From the IMG/VR virus record IMGVR_UViG_3300030101_004160, positions 1,047-65,046 of that record: DNA of 64,000 nucleotides; one strand, given 5' to 3'. Shown piece after piece: positions 10,537 through 21,452 of the stretch (positions are counted from its first letter, which is position 1; each line of letters begins with the position of its first letter). Position numbers and translations under genes: made by a program. The DNA comes from a virus. Lineage: Duplodnaviria; Caudoviricetes. The notes beneath the pieces are model-generated. The model searched no databases, was not told the DNA's origin, and worked only from the letters and a program-made list of their open reading frames with translations.

Positions 10537-11681
10537 TATGCCATATTATTTTTTCTCCATTTTTTCATATTCTTTTTTACAACTTCTGTTATTTCGTTAT
10601 CGGTCATATCCATTTTGAATTGATCGGTAGCATGATCATATACGCCTGCTCCCTTACCTACCTTAAATGACAAAGGGCCTCCCTTTGTATACATAGTTCC
10701 GTCTTTTCCGACAGGTATAGGGTTTTTCTTATGTGTTTCTTTGCCTGGTGTTATCCTTCCGCCTTTCATAGCTTTTCTTATTCTATTAGCTACACGAGCA
10801 TTGTTTCCTTGCGCTAAATCTTGTTCTAAAGCATCTTGATCATTTACTATTAATTCATTTCCTGTAAACTCTGCCACAATATCAGAATTCATTTTCATTC
10901 CCTCTTCTCCTCTAATATTACCCCCATATTGATTATCATAGCGGCCTACTTTTTCTTCATACATTCTTTTTTGCTGTTCGGCTAACATGTCTTCACGACC
11001 CTCAGCTACCTGTCTTGCCCTTGTATCATAAATTTCATCTGTTTGTTCCTTTATATCAGCAAAAGCCTGTTTTCTTAATCTTTTTGCTTTTTTCTTTTTC
11101 TTTCTTCCAAATATACTTCCTAATAATACACCCCCAAGTAAAACGGCTGGGTGTACACCTAATGCTGCTCCTAGCGCGCTTCCTCCAGATCCTATGCCAG
11201 CTAATTTTGCTAACTGGCCAGCTGCCATTGCTGTTGACGCAATAGTACCTAGCTGTTCAGTTCTTGTAAAATCGTATGGATTTTGATTTTGTGTTAAACC
11301 ATATACCGTTGCGGCAGGACCTAAATTAAAACTTTCTGCGCCTGGAAAACTTTTCTTAGCCAGATTAGAGGCAGCAGTTTTTATAAATGGAGAAACTTGT
11401 TTTGCAATATTTCCGTATTGTAACCCCTGAATTCCTTGATTAATTAAATTTACTCCTGAATAGGGTTTGTATTCATTAAAAGCATCCATTGGATTTTGAA
11501 CGTTTGTAAAAGAGTTATATATGTTTCTTGCTGACCTGTTTGTAAAAGCCCCAGAAGAGTACGGGTTTATTGGTGCGCTATCAAATCTTACATTAGCCAT
11601 ATTATTGGCTTTATTTGCCATATCTAGATTTCCTAATATATCTCTGTACCTAAATGTATTTATGATATCTTGTGCGCTCAT
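10536..11681 (-). CDS. Putative cargo/pilot protein with Gly/Ala-rich hydrophobic segment (381 aa)
   Basis: GSALGAALGVHPAVLLGGVLLGSIFGRKKKKKAKR pattern typical of ejected pilot proteins; directly downstream of the muzzle gene. Confidence 0.6.
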   Translation of the reverse strand: MSAQDIINTFRYRDILGNLDMANKANNMANVRFDSAPINPYSSGAFTNRSARNIYNSFTNVQNPMDAFNEYKPYSGVNLINQGIQGLQYGNIAKQVSPFIKTAASNLAKKSFPGAESFNLGPAATVYGLTQNQNPYDFTRTEQLGTIASTAMAAGQLAKLAGIGSGGSALGAALGVHPAVLLGGVLLGSIFGRKKKKKAKRLRKQAFADIKEQTDEIYDTRARQVAEGREDMLAEQQKRMYEEKVGRYDNQYGGNIRGEEGMKMNSDIVAEFTGNELIVNDQDALEQDLAQGNNARVANRIRKAMKGGRITPGKETHKKNPIPVGKDGTMYTKGGPLSFKVGKGAGVYDHATDQFKMDMTDNEITEVVKKNMKKWRKNNMA

Positions 11682-11692
11682 ATTGTGTAAAT

Positions 11693-14600
11693 CTATAAAG
11701 TTTTTCTATACTTTGCAAGTATTGCAAAGATATTAAATTTTTCTGTTGTTCGTGCAGTATATTTTATTTTTGCATACGTACCTCTTGTTCTTTTTGTACT
11801 TTTTTCTGTTCTAAGCGGTAATCTCAATGTGCCGTCTATATATTTATCAGCTTTCAGGCCGCCTATTTCTATCCACTCTATTTCAAATACAGCGGTGCCA
11901 GTTACTAACATAAATTTGAGCATCATTATTATACAATCTTTATAATCCGCTCCATCAGTTGCCCCAAATGGTCCTGAATGATTTTTTGCCCCCGACGCAG
12001 GATTGGTTGATAATCCTCCTACTTCAGACATATCCCATTCTGCTATTACAAAATCGTTGTCTATTCCTTCTGGTTCAGGTATAGTTGCCTCTCTGCTAGA
12101 ATGAAAATTGGCACGTAAATAGTCCCCTCTTTTTGACCTAACTGGATCGTATCCTATAAATTGTACTTTTCCAAGCCAACCAGAACCTGAATTTCTTTTT
12201 AATTTCATTCTTACGATATTGTTGTATTTACCTGGAAGATTAATAGCCCTTGCCCCATTAGGAGTAAACAATTGACTCGTTCCACCAGAGGATGGTAGCG
12301 TCATACTATTTACTCCTAGCATACTTGTTGCCGTGAGCGCAGTTCCGCTATCTACTGCGCCGAAACCATGCAGTGTAGAATTAAACTCGTATCTTCTATT
12401 TATAATCAACTGTTCAGTTTCATCTAACAATTCAGTTTTTTCATCTAAATTACTAGTTGCTTTTATTGTGTCATGCGTGATATCTGTAGTGTAATCAATG
12501 AAAGAAAAATCTACATGTTTAGGCGTCATAACTATTTTTGCGTTGTCAAAAACCTTGCTGTTTGCTGCCTCGCTGTTAATAACTTTTTCTATGTAAGCCT
12601 CATCTGCAAATGGCTGCACGTCTAAGTCTCCCTGTGCAACTACTTTTTGTACAGTAGAATTTCCGTTAAAATCTGTAACAGGCAGTCTCCTTATGTTAGA
12701 TCTATTTGCACCAAAAAAATGTGTTTTGTTTTGCTGACCATGATAATCCCATAACCATAGCTTAAGAGGATTAATTCTTAAATCTTGAATAAATTGACTG
12801 TCTATACTCTTATGTATATGATATGGCCTGTGTGGATATCCTGATGTAAAACTATCGTCGTTCATTCCTACATTATTCAACTCGTTTACAGTGGCTTGGT
12901 TTTCTGGGCATAATATGAACGACCCCTTACCTCCTGCTAACCATTGTGGAGGCGTAACTGTGTATCTAGAGGTGAAAGAATTTATAGCCTCGCTATAGAC
13001 TAATGTCTGTGATATAGTGGCTGGCTCCCCGTTTACAGTGCTTCCCACATAATGATTATCTATTTTCCTAGCAAAAATTCTTCTTTGATTGAAGCCTCCT
13101 CCCCATGCAGAATTATGAAAAGTAACCATCAATTCTTTGTTTTTATAATCATAGATAGAAGTAACTCCTAAAAACTTTAGAGGATTATCTGCTAAATAAT
13201 TTCTGGATTGTGTCTTTTTTTCAAAACTATCAAGCTTACCAGTAAGAGGGCCGTGCACCGAAGTTCCTGAACTATGTGCTGTTGAAGCTCCAAATAATGA
13301 TGGTCCGCCACCTGAGGTTGATGGACATATCCTTGAGGATCTATGTTCCCAATCTTTCATTATATACTTCAAGTAATTTCTTTGCCCAAAAGCATCTCCT
13401 AATGAAATTAATTTTTCTGTATCATATTTAAAAAGCCTTCCATAATTAGTGTCTACAAAATACAATGATTTTTCACTCATAGTTACACTAAATCTTTGAT
13501 TAGAGCCATATTTAGTTGATATATAAATATGATTTTCTACCGTTTCTCCTGTTCCTGTAAACAATGAAGTACCTGCATCATCACTTAGCATAGACAATGG
13601 ATTTACCAAAAGTTTTGCAAAAGCATGATCTTGCAGTACATATAGTTCATTTTTAAAATTAACAATACTATTAATTTCTCCGTATAAACCTTCCATATCG
13701 TGAAATTGATTTATAGGAAACTGTCTAAATGCATCTGACTTTTGACCAAGTATTTTTGTGTTTGAGTATGCTATTTCGTAAGGTAAATTTAAGCTGTCAT
13801 CTATTGTTTCCTCATCAATCATTATTCCAGACTTAACTGTATTTTCTTGAGAATAAACACTGTTATAAAGCCAATCATTACTAAATGGTGGCTCATTCAT
13901 ACTTTTACCTACAACTGTGTCACCTGAATTTAAAGTTAATCCACTTCGCATATCAGTATTAACATATGATTCCACTGGAAATACCTGAAACCTAGATGCA
14001 GAATGTTTCATATAAGGTGAAGATGTTTTTTGATGCGAATATAGATTTACAAAGGTGTCACCTCCAAACACCTGCGAACCATGGCCTTGCCGAGTCCCTG
14101 TTCCTGGACCTACTGGATGAAAATTACCACACGGTATATATCTAGTTTTTTCTATACTTGATTTATTGTATCCTCCATAAGGCGTTATTTGTCTTATTAT
14201 AGAACATAAATGCTTAAAAGGAACGTAACTTTTTCCTTCTACATTGAAATCATGCTGACCCTGGTCGTGAGTCTCATTACCGTGACCCGAATGCCAATTT
14301 CCGCCATGTTGCTTGTCAGTAATGTATCCCGACCATATCGGGTTTCTATAAGCAGGGCTACCTATATAGCCACCATTTGCGTTTTCCCCTCTCCACCTGC
14401 TGTGTTCAAACAATGCTGAAATATTTAACGGCGCAAACCATGAGTCCATATTTTGATACGCCTGATTCACAAAATAAGAATCGGTACGGCCTGGACCATA
14501 TTTTCTAGCTTCACTTGCCCTGTTGTTTACCTCAATAATTATTGACCTTAAGCCCATTTGCATAGTGGAGACAGTGTCATAATTATAGTCTTCTTTTAAA

Positions 14601-17600
14601 GGGTCTTGTGTTGTTAATATTTCTCCACTAGAGTTTACATCAAAAATATGCGCTACTTTTTTATTTACAGATCCAAAAACCCAATATCTTTTTTGAAATC
14701 TACTATCTACTCCGCCGCCAGGCTCTGTATATCGTGCGCCTTTCACAAAGCCCAGGGTATTGTTAGAAAAACCATTTACATAACCTTGGGTTATTCTAGT
14801 TGATATACTAAAAAAACCACTAGGTATAATTTCACCATCTGTTATTTCTTTTGCATTAGCTATAGGTAACTGCCATCCATATGCTCTTCTCGGTTGTTGC
14901 CAATAGGGTGAGCTTAAACCTTCGTTAACATTCCCAAAAGACTCTCCTCCCTCTAGCTCCATACCTATTCCGAAATAAGGCTCGTAACAATAATACTTGC
15001 CAATTAAAACTTTGTAATACTCGTCAACTTCTTTTTCGGTTGAGAATTGTAAAGAATTAAATCTAGTTTCAGTATGGAGATGTGGTTCCCATAATTGTGT
15101 TCCAGCTGTGGAACCGCCATCAGTCCAGTCTCCTGTTTGATTTTGCACCTGATTTGTTGAGGCTTGAGACTTTATATTACCGACTCCGTGTACATAACTC
15201 ATATAGGACCTTTGCTGCATGTTGTCTTTAGGGTTTGGGTCATTTAAATATCTTACTTCATTTGTAAGTTTCATCGTGCAGTCAATTCTTAACATATCCC
15301 CCTCTCTATAAACATAAGGTCTTATACCAAAAGCACTATCTGGCGCGTCTAACGTAAACACAGAGCCGCTTATTTGAGAATGATTTACGCTATAATTAGA
15401 TTGTGATCCTAAATTTGATTGACTAAATTGATATTTTGCTCTTTTGTCGTAACTTCCAAAATGTGCAGTGTGTCTTCTATGTCTACCTGCAGTTCCTGGA
15501 CCACCTCTCGGTGTATTATTTTTTAATCTAGCGTGATATCTTTGGGCAGTGTCTAGATGTTTTCTTACGTCTTCCCTTTCAGGCCAAAAAAACGTCTTTC
15601 CTCCTAAGTTTCCTCCAACTGTTGCTTTTCCATCAGAAATAGTATCGTTAAAAAAACATAAATGAGAGTTCTCTGCCAAACCTAAATATCCATTCAAATA
15701 AACATTATATTCAGGCTGTTCTGGCAAAGTTCTTGTAGCTCCAGCAGACAGACTTTGATTTACAAACACAGGGTCGTCGTCAAACATTTCATTATCTTTT
15801 TGAGAAAATGCAGTATTATCATAACCATACTTTTGTCCTAATTGTGCATTACCATATTGAGCTGTTTGATTTAAAAGTCCTTGTTGCACTATCCTTCTAT
15901 CCTCTTCTGTTCTTTTTGCTCTTACTACCCTAAATCCTGATATTTTATCACACACATCACTAGGTATCATAAATTCAAAATAAACATACATGTCAAATAA
16001 ATGATGTGCATCATCATGATTATTAGCTACGGTAAAGTGATTTAAAAAGTCTCCAGTCCAAGGTTGTGCTGCAAAATAATAATCGTAATCAGCTGGCGTA
16101 GCTTTTATTAGGCCACCAAAAAACTTTACATTACTATCGTTACCTGCTGGATTATAGTTTAAGCTTAACGTTCGGCCATCAAATCCAACATACGCATCCT
16201 TGTTTGTGTGAGTTCCATTTTTTCTATCGTTAAACCACTCTACACTCACAGGCGGCACTGTGTGTCCATATACAAAAGACAATCTATGATCTTGTATTTT
16301 TTTGTGACTTATTATGTTTCTTGTACCCGTCAAGCCTGAAGTTGTAAGTGTCGGTAAATTTGGACTATAATTTATTGTATTGGCTACCTCGCTTTTATTT
16401 TTGAAATTAATCATCCTAAGCACATCATGCTGATGAGGTGTTTCTATATCGCCTATCCATAATACATTTCCTGGCGCTCCATTTAAATCATAAATTTGAA
16501 CACCAAATCTATATATGTCTCCCCTTTGATATCCTCTTCTATCACCAGCAAGATGCGGGTCTTTTGACCCCCCTAAATTCATTGAAGTTTTAAATACCGT
16601 ATTGCCTGTAGGAAACTCTGTGTTTAATTGTTCTCCATTAGATGTAGAAGATATAAAAGGGGCGTTGTAAGCGTTTTGTGATATATCTGCTACCTTTTCT
16701 TCTACTCCAAATGTTACCCTACAGCCACCAAGTGTGTTTTGTGTGTAATTAAAACTTTCGGCGCCTAAAGTTGCCCTGTCTGGCAGGAACCTGTAAGTTA
16801 AAAGTTGCGGGTAAGCATTACGATTGGTACCTACTGCGCCAGCTGATAATCTTTGGTTGGCTAATGCTGTTGTCCACATAGGAACGTTTAATGTTCCGTT
16901 ATATTGGAAGTAAGTATATGCGGTTGAAGTAGATTCATACATAGTACCTGGGGCGCCCAATAACTGGCCGTGACCACAAGAATGGCCATAATTGTTTATA
17001 GTATAGTCTGTTATTTCAACTCCACCATCATAATGCTTTACCTCCTTATCATCTGTTGTAAGCATAGCATCTAGCCTGTTTGTAGTGTTTCCTGGTTCTA
17101 TTCTCCATCGCATAACTTTTACATTCCACTCCTTTTCTGAAATAAAATTTCTTTTTTGTCTTAAGTTCGCAGCAAACAAAATATTATCTTTGATGGCTAT
17201 ATCTTTACATACATCAAAAGTATTAGACTCTATAAGTATTTCTTCAAGACCGTTATCTACTTCGTTATTCCATACAGTGTGTTGAAAGGTAGATGTTGCT
17301 CCCGATATAGTGTTTCTTCCTACTACCGCAACCCTTGGTGCGTTTTCTAAATCATCATAAAACAAAGAATACAGCTCTATGTATGCAAAGTTTTGATCTA
17401 TGTCCTCAACATTTATTTGAAAGCCCTGTGTTCCTAAATTACCTTTGGGTCCACCTGCATATGTTTGAGAATTACTAAAAGATTGATCAGAAACATGATA
17501 CATGTTACTTAAAGGAGAAAAAGTAGACTCTCCTCCGTTTTCTGATATATATTTATAGGAATATTGATAAACCCCTACTGGTAGAGAACCAAATAACGTT

Positions 17601-18334
17601 AAACCAAGAACAGGCTGTGACGCATTCATTAAAGGAGTTATATCTAAAGAGGTGGGCTGTATACTGTCTAAACGCCTTTGTTTTATATTAAGGGTTCGTA
17701 ATGGATTTTTGTTGTCTGTCCAATAAACCCTAGATATACTTTCGTTTTCAACTATATGTTCTATTTTTATTGGCATATCTAAATCCATGTTCAAGTCTGG
17801 ATAATTACCATCAGAGCCCTGCGCGTTGTAACAAACCCTTAAGTCAGTAACTTTTTGAACTCGCATTTCGTGATCAAAATCTATTAATAAAAATATAGTT
17901 CTGTTTTTTTGCTCTGAAACAATAGTTGTTTTAATATTAGTATATTCAAACACACCCACTATAACCAACAATAATTGATTTGCATAAGACACGTGTCCCA
18001 CTATTGAACATCTTTGTGACAATTCTTGGTTATTAGTGATAGTTGCATTAGGGCCTCTATCATAAAACGTTGGATAATCATTATCTGTACCTTGATCCGT
18101 AGGTATTGATTTTGGATAATTAGACAAATCTACAAATAAACTATTACCCTCTATATTTTCTACGGTAAACGTGTCTCCTTCTGAATTAGTAAGCCTTATG
18201 TTTTGTGCATCGCTATAACTTCCTTCTAATTGAAAATGAGGATCCAAGTCGCTAATCATACCATGCGTAAAGCTTTCTGGCTTTGATATGCCTGGTCTAA
18301 CTGGAGGTCTATTTGGTTTGTTTTTTTTGGCCAT
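11693..18334 (-). CDS. Tail stabilisation/muzzle protein (P22 gp10-like, crAss-like), 2213 aa
   Basis: N-terminal FTHGMISDLDP...YSDAQNIRL, VYWTDNKNPLRTLN, RGYQRGDIYRFGVQ, VFGGDTFVN and C-terminal RTRGTYAKIKY motifs recalled from crAss-like stabilisation proteins; synteny. Confidence 0.8.
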   Translation of the reverse strand: MAKKNKPNRPPVRPGISKPESFTHGMISDLDPHFQLEGSYSDAQNIRLTNSEGDTFTVENIEGNSLFVDLSNYPKSIPTDQGTDNDYPTFYDRGPNATITNNQELSQRCSIVGHVSYANQLLLVIVGVFEYTNIKTTIVSEQKNRTIFLLIDFDHEMRVQKVTDLRVCYNAQGSDGNYPDLNMDLDMPIKIEHIVENESISRVYWTDNKNPLRTLNIKQRRLDSIQPTSLDITPLMNASQPVLGLTLFGSLPVGVYQYSYKYISENGGESTFSPLSNMYHVSDQSFSNSQTYAGGPKGNLGTQGFQINVEDIDQNFAYIELYSLFYDDLENAPRVAVVGRNTISGATSTFQHTVWNNEVDNGLEEILIESNTFDVCKDIAIKDNILFAANLRQKRNFISEKEWNVKVMRWRIEPGNTTNRLDAMLTTDDKEVKHYDGGVEITDYTINNYGHSCGHGQLLGAPGTMYESTSTAYTYFQYNGTLNVPMWTTALANQRLSAGAVGTNRNAYPQLLTYRFLPDRATLGAESFNYTQNTLGGCRVTFGVEEKVADISQNAYNAPFISSTSNGEQLNTEFPTGNTVFKTSMNLGGSKDPHLAGDRRGYQRGDIYRFGVQIYDLNGAPGNVLWIGDIETPHQHDVLRMINFKNKSEVANTINYSPNLPTLTTSGLTGTRNIISHKKIQDHRLSFVYGHTVPPVSVEWFNDRKNGTHTNKDAYVGFDGRTLSLNYNPAGNDSNVKFFGGLIKATPADYDYYFAAQPWTGDFLNHFTVANNHDDAHHLFDMYVYFEFMIPSDVCDKISGFRVVRAKRTEEDRRIVQQGLLNQTAQYGNAQLGQKYGYDNTAFSQKDNEMFDDDPVFVNQSLSAGATRTLPEQPEYNVYLNGYLGLAENSHLCFFNDTISDGKATVGGNLGGKTFFWPEREDVRKHLDTAQRYHARLKNNTPRGGPGTAGRHRRHTAHFGSYDKRAKYQFSQSNLGSQSNYSVNHSQISGSVFTLDAPDSAFGIRPYVYREGDMLRIDCTMKLTNEVRYLNDPNPKDNMQQRSYMSYVHGVGNIKSQASTNQVQNQTGDWTDGGSTAGTQLWEPHLHTETRFNSLQFSTEKEVDEYYKVLIGKYYCYEPYFGIGMELEGGESFGNVNEGLSSPYWQQPRRAYGWQLPIANAKEITDGEIIPSGFFSISTRITQGYVNGFSNNTLGFVKGARYTEPGGGVDSRFQKRYWVFGSVNKKVAHIFDVNSSGEILTTQDPLKEDYNYDTVSTMQMGLRSIIIEVNNRASEARKYGPGRTDSYFVNQAYQNMDSWFAPLNISALFEHSRWRGENANGGYIGSPAYRNPIWSGYITDKQHGGNWHSGHGNETHDQGQHDFNVEGKSYVPFKHLCSIIRQITPYGGYNKSSIEKTRYIPCGNFHPVGPGTGTRQGHGSQVFGGDTFVNLYSHQKTSSPYMKHSASRFQVFPVESYVNTDMRSGLTLNSGDTVVGKSMNEPPFSNDWLYNSVYSQENTVKSGIMIDEETIDDSLNLPYEIAYSNTKILGQKSDAFRQFPINQFHDMEGLYGEINSIVNFKNELYVLQDHAFAKLLVNPLSMLSDDAGTSLFTGTGETVENHIYISTKYGSNQRFSVTMSEKSLYFVDTNYGRLFKYDTEKLISLGDAFGQRNYLKYIMKDWEHRSSRICPSTSGGGPSLFGASTAHSSGTSVHGPLTGKLDSFEKKTQSRNYLADNPLKFLGVTSIYDYKNKELMVTFHNSAWGGGFNQRRIFARKIDNHYVGSTVNGEPATISQTLVYSEAINSFTSRYTVTPPQWLAGGKGSFILCPENQATVNELNNVGMNDDSFTSGYPHRPYHIHKSIDSQFIQDLRINPLKLWLWDYHGQQNKTHFFGANRSNIRRLPVTDFNGNSTVQKVVAQGDLDVQPFADEAYIEKVINSEAANSKVFDNAKIVMTPKHVDFSFIDYTTDITHDTIKATSNLDEKTELLDETEQLIINRRYEFNSTLHGFGAVDSGTALTATSMLGVNSMTLPSSGGTSQLFTPNGARAINLPGKYNNIVRMKLKRNSGSGWLGKVQFIGYDPVRSKRGDYLRANFHSSREATIPEPEGIDNDFVIAEWDMSEVGGLSTNPASGAKNHSGPFGATDGADYKDCIIMMLKFMLVTGTAVFEIEWIEIGGLKADKYIDGTLRLPLRTEKSTKRTRGTYAKIKYTARTTEKFNIFAILAKYRKTL
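11725..11732 (-). promoter_or_regulatory. Bacteroidota primary-sigma -7 box TATCTTTG
   Basis: Matches TAnnTTTG about 45 nt upstream of the 11681 start; lies inside the end of the upstream CDS. Confidence 0.4.
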
Positions 18335-18335
18335 A

Positions 18336-19442
18336 TTATAAATCTAATAAACTATTAGAATCATTGCTTATAGGAACCAAAGTATTCCAAAGCTTGCCTA
18401 TTTGTTTAATTTCTTGTGACGTAGGCATGCTGTCATCTCCTCTTGCTTTGCCACACAGAAAATACCATCTTTTTTCTAATTCTTTGGTAATATATTGTGG
18501 TATTTTTCCATTGTAAAATTCTATTAATTTCATTTGCCACATAATGTATTGAGCTACAGCAGTTTCGTGACCTTCTTTTACCATAGGATAGCCTCTAGGG
18601 TCTGTCGGGTATTTTAAATACGATATAGTTATCTCTTGTAAATTATCATGTGTAATATTTAATCTATTTCCTTCTAAATAATACCTAAATGCTCTTTGTA
18701 AATTATTTGACTGTACACCCACTCTGCCTCTGTGCACTGACGAGGTTTTTCTTATATCAGAATTTTTATTCAAAGCATCTCCCGCACCAACTCTTACGCT
18801 TAAAAGTTTTATATTGTCTTCTGGTAATACGAGTTGTTGGTTGCTGTATTTACCTTTACCCCCCGTTAAGGTGTTTGAACTTACCTCTATATTTTCGCCA
18901 TCACAGGCTAATGTATAGTCATTACCCTCATGTCCAATTTCTTTTGCAGTTATTGTCAAAACTCCAGTTGTTGTGTCCACACTATATTCAGCTATATCTA
19001 ATAGTTCTGGGTAGTTATATATTGCTGATTTCATGTGTTTACCTGTTGTTCCTCCTGATCCACTTCCTCCTTTTAAACTTTGTATCAAACCATAAGGCTG
19101 TGCGGCTAAATCTAACGTAGAGGACAAACTACCTGCTTGAATAGTCAATTCATTAGGCAAATAAGCCTGACCTATATTACTAGAGCTTTTAAAATACAAT
19201 TTTACACCATTAAGAGTTATTGAGTCTCCTTCTGCTGGAACATCGCTAAATGTTATTGTAGCGCTTGCTTTTGCTCCTGTTGAATTATACGTAGCTTCTT
19301 TCTGTAAAAAAGTGTCTCTACTTCCTATTAATTTTTCTGCCTCATACGTCCATTCTACAAAATCTTGTATATGATTAGCATAATCTATTAAGCCTAAATT
19401 TCTAGATACAGTAGTAAATATTCTATCAATGTTTATGTGCAT
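18336..19442 (-). CDS. Tail tubular/ring protein (P22 gp4-like) with beta-rich insertion
   Basis: FVEWTYEAEKLIG N-terminus and ITISYLKYPTDPRGYPMV...AVAQYIMW C-terminus; directly upstream of the muzzle gene. Confidence 0.7.
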   Translation of the reverse strand: MHINIDRIFTTVSRNLGLIDYANHIQDFVEWTYEAEKLIGSRDTFLQKEATYNSTGAKASATITFSDVPAEGDSITLNGVKLYFKSSSNIGQAYLPNELTIQAGSLSSTLDLAAQPYGLIQSLKGGSGSGGTTGKHMKSAIYNYPELLDIAEYSVDTTTGVLTITAKEIGHEGNDYTLACDGENIEVSSNTLTGGKGKYSNQQLVLPEDNIKLLSVRVGAGDALNKNSDIRKTSSVHRGRVGVQSNNLQRAFRYYLEGNRLNITHDNLQEITISYLKYPTDPRGYPMVKEGHETAVAQYIMWQMKLIEFYNGKIPQYITKELEKRWYFLCGKARGDDSMPTSQEIKQIGKLWNTLVPISNDSNSLLDL

Positions 19443-19452
19443 AATTTAATTT

Positions 19453-19917
19453 TTATACTGAAGCAATAAATACTTCTAGTGTATGTCCAGCCACTCCTTT
19501 TACTTTCAAAGCGGTTGCATTATCAAGTGTAGACCCTCCATTTCCTCCTTCTACTTTTGTGCCTGTATACATTATGCTAGAAGCAGGAGCTACTTCAGTG
19601 TATGCAGCATCAGAATCTTCGTCATCTAGGCCTACTTGCAGAGCATCTGTACCATCTAAATTTGTTACTCTTATGTATTTTACAGAGGCTCTTTTAAATG
19701 TTCCTACCGATTCTCCAGTAGAAAATGTTGCTACTTCTGTTAGGTTTGTATTCTCTAATTTTAACACGCGCTTAGAAACGTTTGCAATAGAAGCAAATGT
19801 GTGTGTACAGGTTTGCGCAAAATCTCTTGCATCGGATGTTCCTACATCATGCCCTACGGATAGAGCTTCTGTTATTGTAACGGTTAAGGATGATGCATTA
19901 ATATCAGTATCTGCCAT
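19453..19917 (-). CDS. Small beta-rich virion protein (paralogue of 51928-52344 and 52369-52752)
   Basis: Thr/Ser/Ala/Asp-rich; KYIRVTNLD motif shared with the two distal ORFs. Confidence 0.5.
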   Translation of the reverse strand: MADTDINASSLTVTITEALSVGHDVGTSDARDFAQTCTHTFASIANVSKRVLKLENTNLTEVATFSTGESVGTFKRASVKYIRVTNLDGTDALQVGLDDEDSDAAYTEVAPASSIMYTGTKVEGGNGGSTLDNATALKVKGVAGHTLEVFIASV

Positions 19918-19922
19918 ATTTT

Positions 19923-20315
19923 TTAATTTTTATTTATTATTTTTTTTGCATAACTTAGCGGTAAAACCTTACAGTGTCTGTATTTGGGTGGTCTTATCCA
20001 CATTAATTTTTTGTAGTAATCATTTAATATTGGTACCTTAAAAAAAACCGTTTCTCCTTTTTCTTTTGTAGCATGATTGTCTACCCTTATGTGAAACGCC
20101 CTGGTATGTAATTTTTCTTCCAAAGTTAAATATCCTAATTTTTTAGGTAAAACAACTTGACGACTTCTTTCTACTACATCTCTTATTGTAATTTCAAAAA
20201 ACTTTGTTATTATGCTGTAATAAGTTTTGTAGCTAATTTTTTTTGAAAATTTACCTTTTATACTTTTAAATATATCTTTAATTGATACGTATTTATCTTT
20301 GTACTCGTGCCCCAC
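19923..20315 (-). CDS. IHF/HU-like basic protein of the crAss-like structural block
   Basis: Basic; YYSIITKFFEITIRDVVE...VVLPKKLGYLTL resembles the IHF helix plus beta-arm; syntenic position. Confidence 0.6.
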   Translation of the reverse strand: MGHEYKDKYVSIKDIFKSIKGKFSKKISYKTYYSIITKFFEITIRDVVERSRQVVLPKKLGYLTLEEKLHTRAFHIRVDNHATKEKGETVFFKVPILNDYYKKLMWIRPPKYRHCKVLPLSYAKKIINKN

Positions 20316-21402
20316 TTTTTTTCATTTTTTCGTTATCATCTTGACCGTCAACAATCATATCAGGCATAGTTTTAAGTTCTGTTTGGATTTCTATTTGTAA
20401 TACTCTTTGAATTAAATCACTAACATATTCTAAAGGTATTGGATAAATCGTTTCTGCGTCATCAAATTTTTCTTCATTACTCCAAATAAAATTTTTCATA
20501 AAACTAATTTCTGTTGGATTTTCTAAAACCATTTGTGCATCACATGAGTATTTCCAAAATATTTTCTTTTCACCTGGACTGTGTAAATCTCCATGATAAT
20601 TAGGTGATATTTCTAAATTGTTTAATTTTATGAAATATTGAGGATTTTTACGATTATAACTATTCCAATGTGTTGGTAAAGTAAAGAAGCTTGATCTCGC
20701 AGAATGTAAAGAATAAAATGGATCATTACTACCTGTAAATTTATTACTTCTGTAAAATAAATCTTCATTGCTTCTTTGATATAAGGATAAAGTCCTGGTA
20801 GTTGCGCCGCCTGCAGCTTCGTTTTGTGCCGTTGTAAAATCATCAGGAAAATGAGTTGATCTTTGTATTTTAACTACCTTTACTAGATCTTTGCCTGGTA
20901 AAATTATAGGCTTTGGTATAAAGCCCTGAAATATACCGAAATTTCTAAAATCACCTTTATATTTTTTTGTACCCCTCAGTTCTCGTCCATATACATCTAG
21001 GTTTTGAGCTTCCCTCCAAGTCTGCGATGATATGTCTGCAGATATACTACCTAACGCTATAAATTGTCCTGACAATTCACCTGAACTGTCTTTTGGTAAA
21101 TTTTGTACATATGTGGATGCTGTTGATGGCGGACTAGACGCTATATTTTTGTTGTATATATCCCATGCGTTGTCATACACGGCTACGTCACTTAAAGCTG
21201 CATTACGAGTTGTTACACTTAGTGATTGTGTCCATCCATCGTAACGAAATTGATTTTTATTTACTAAATCAATACAAAGTTTTGCTCTATGATAGTGTAT
21301 CCAGTGTTTAATTTGCTGTATGCTTATTTTGTTTTCTAAACTGCTTTGCCCTCCGTAAGCTAGGTTTTTTATATTGTAGGCTATTTCGTTTAATGTAATC
21401 AT
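20293..21402 (-). CDS. Tail ring/neck protein (crAss conserved block)
   Basis: MITLNEIAYNI...QIKHWIHYHRA start and ENP...YPIPLEYVSDLIQRVL end; synteny. Confidence 0.6.
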   Translation of the reverse strand: MITLNEIAYNIKNLAYGGQSSLENKISIQQIKHWIHYHRAKLCIDLVNKNQFRYDGWTQSLSVTTRNAALSDVAVYDNAWDIYNKNIASSPPSTASTYVQNLPKDSSGELSGQFIALGSISADISSQTWREAQNLDVYGRELRGTKKYKGDFRNFGIFQGFIPKPIILPGKDLVKVVKIQRSTHFPDDFTTAQNEAAGGATTRTLSLYQRSNEDLFYRSNKFTGSNDPFYSLHSARSSFFTLPTHWNSYNRKNPQYFIKLNNLEISPNYHGDLHSPGEKKIFWKYSCDAQMVLENPTEISFMKNFIWSNEEKFDDAETIYPIPLEYVSDLIQRVLQIEIQTELKTMPDMIVDGQDDNEKMKKSGARVQR

Positions 21403-21424
21403 TAGGCGCAGTTTTAGGTGTTTA

Positions 21425-21432
21425 CAAAATTA
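21425..21432 (-). promoter_or_regulatory. -7 box TAATTTTG
   Basis: TAnnTTTG in intergenic gap upstream of 21402 start, just after a hairpin. Confidence 0.55.
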
Positions 21433-21452
21433 ATTAATTTTTCTGTATAAAA

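Noticed and set aside
19994-20002. Perfect DnaA box TTATCCACA
   Set aside because: Single copy inside a coding region; plausible by chance.
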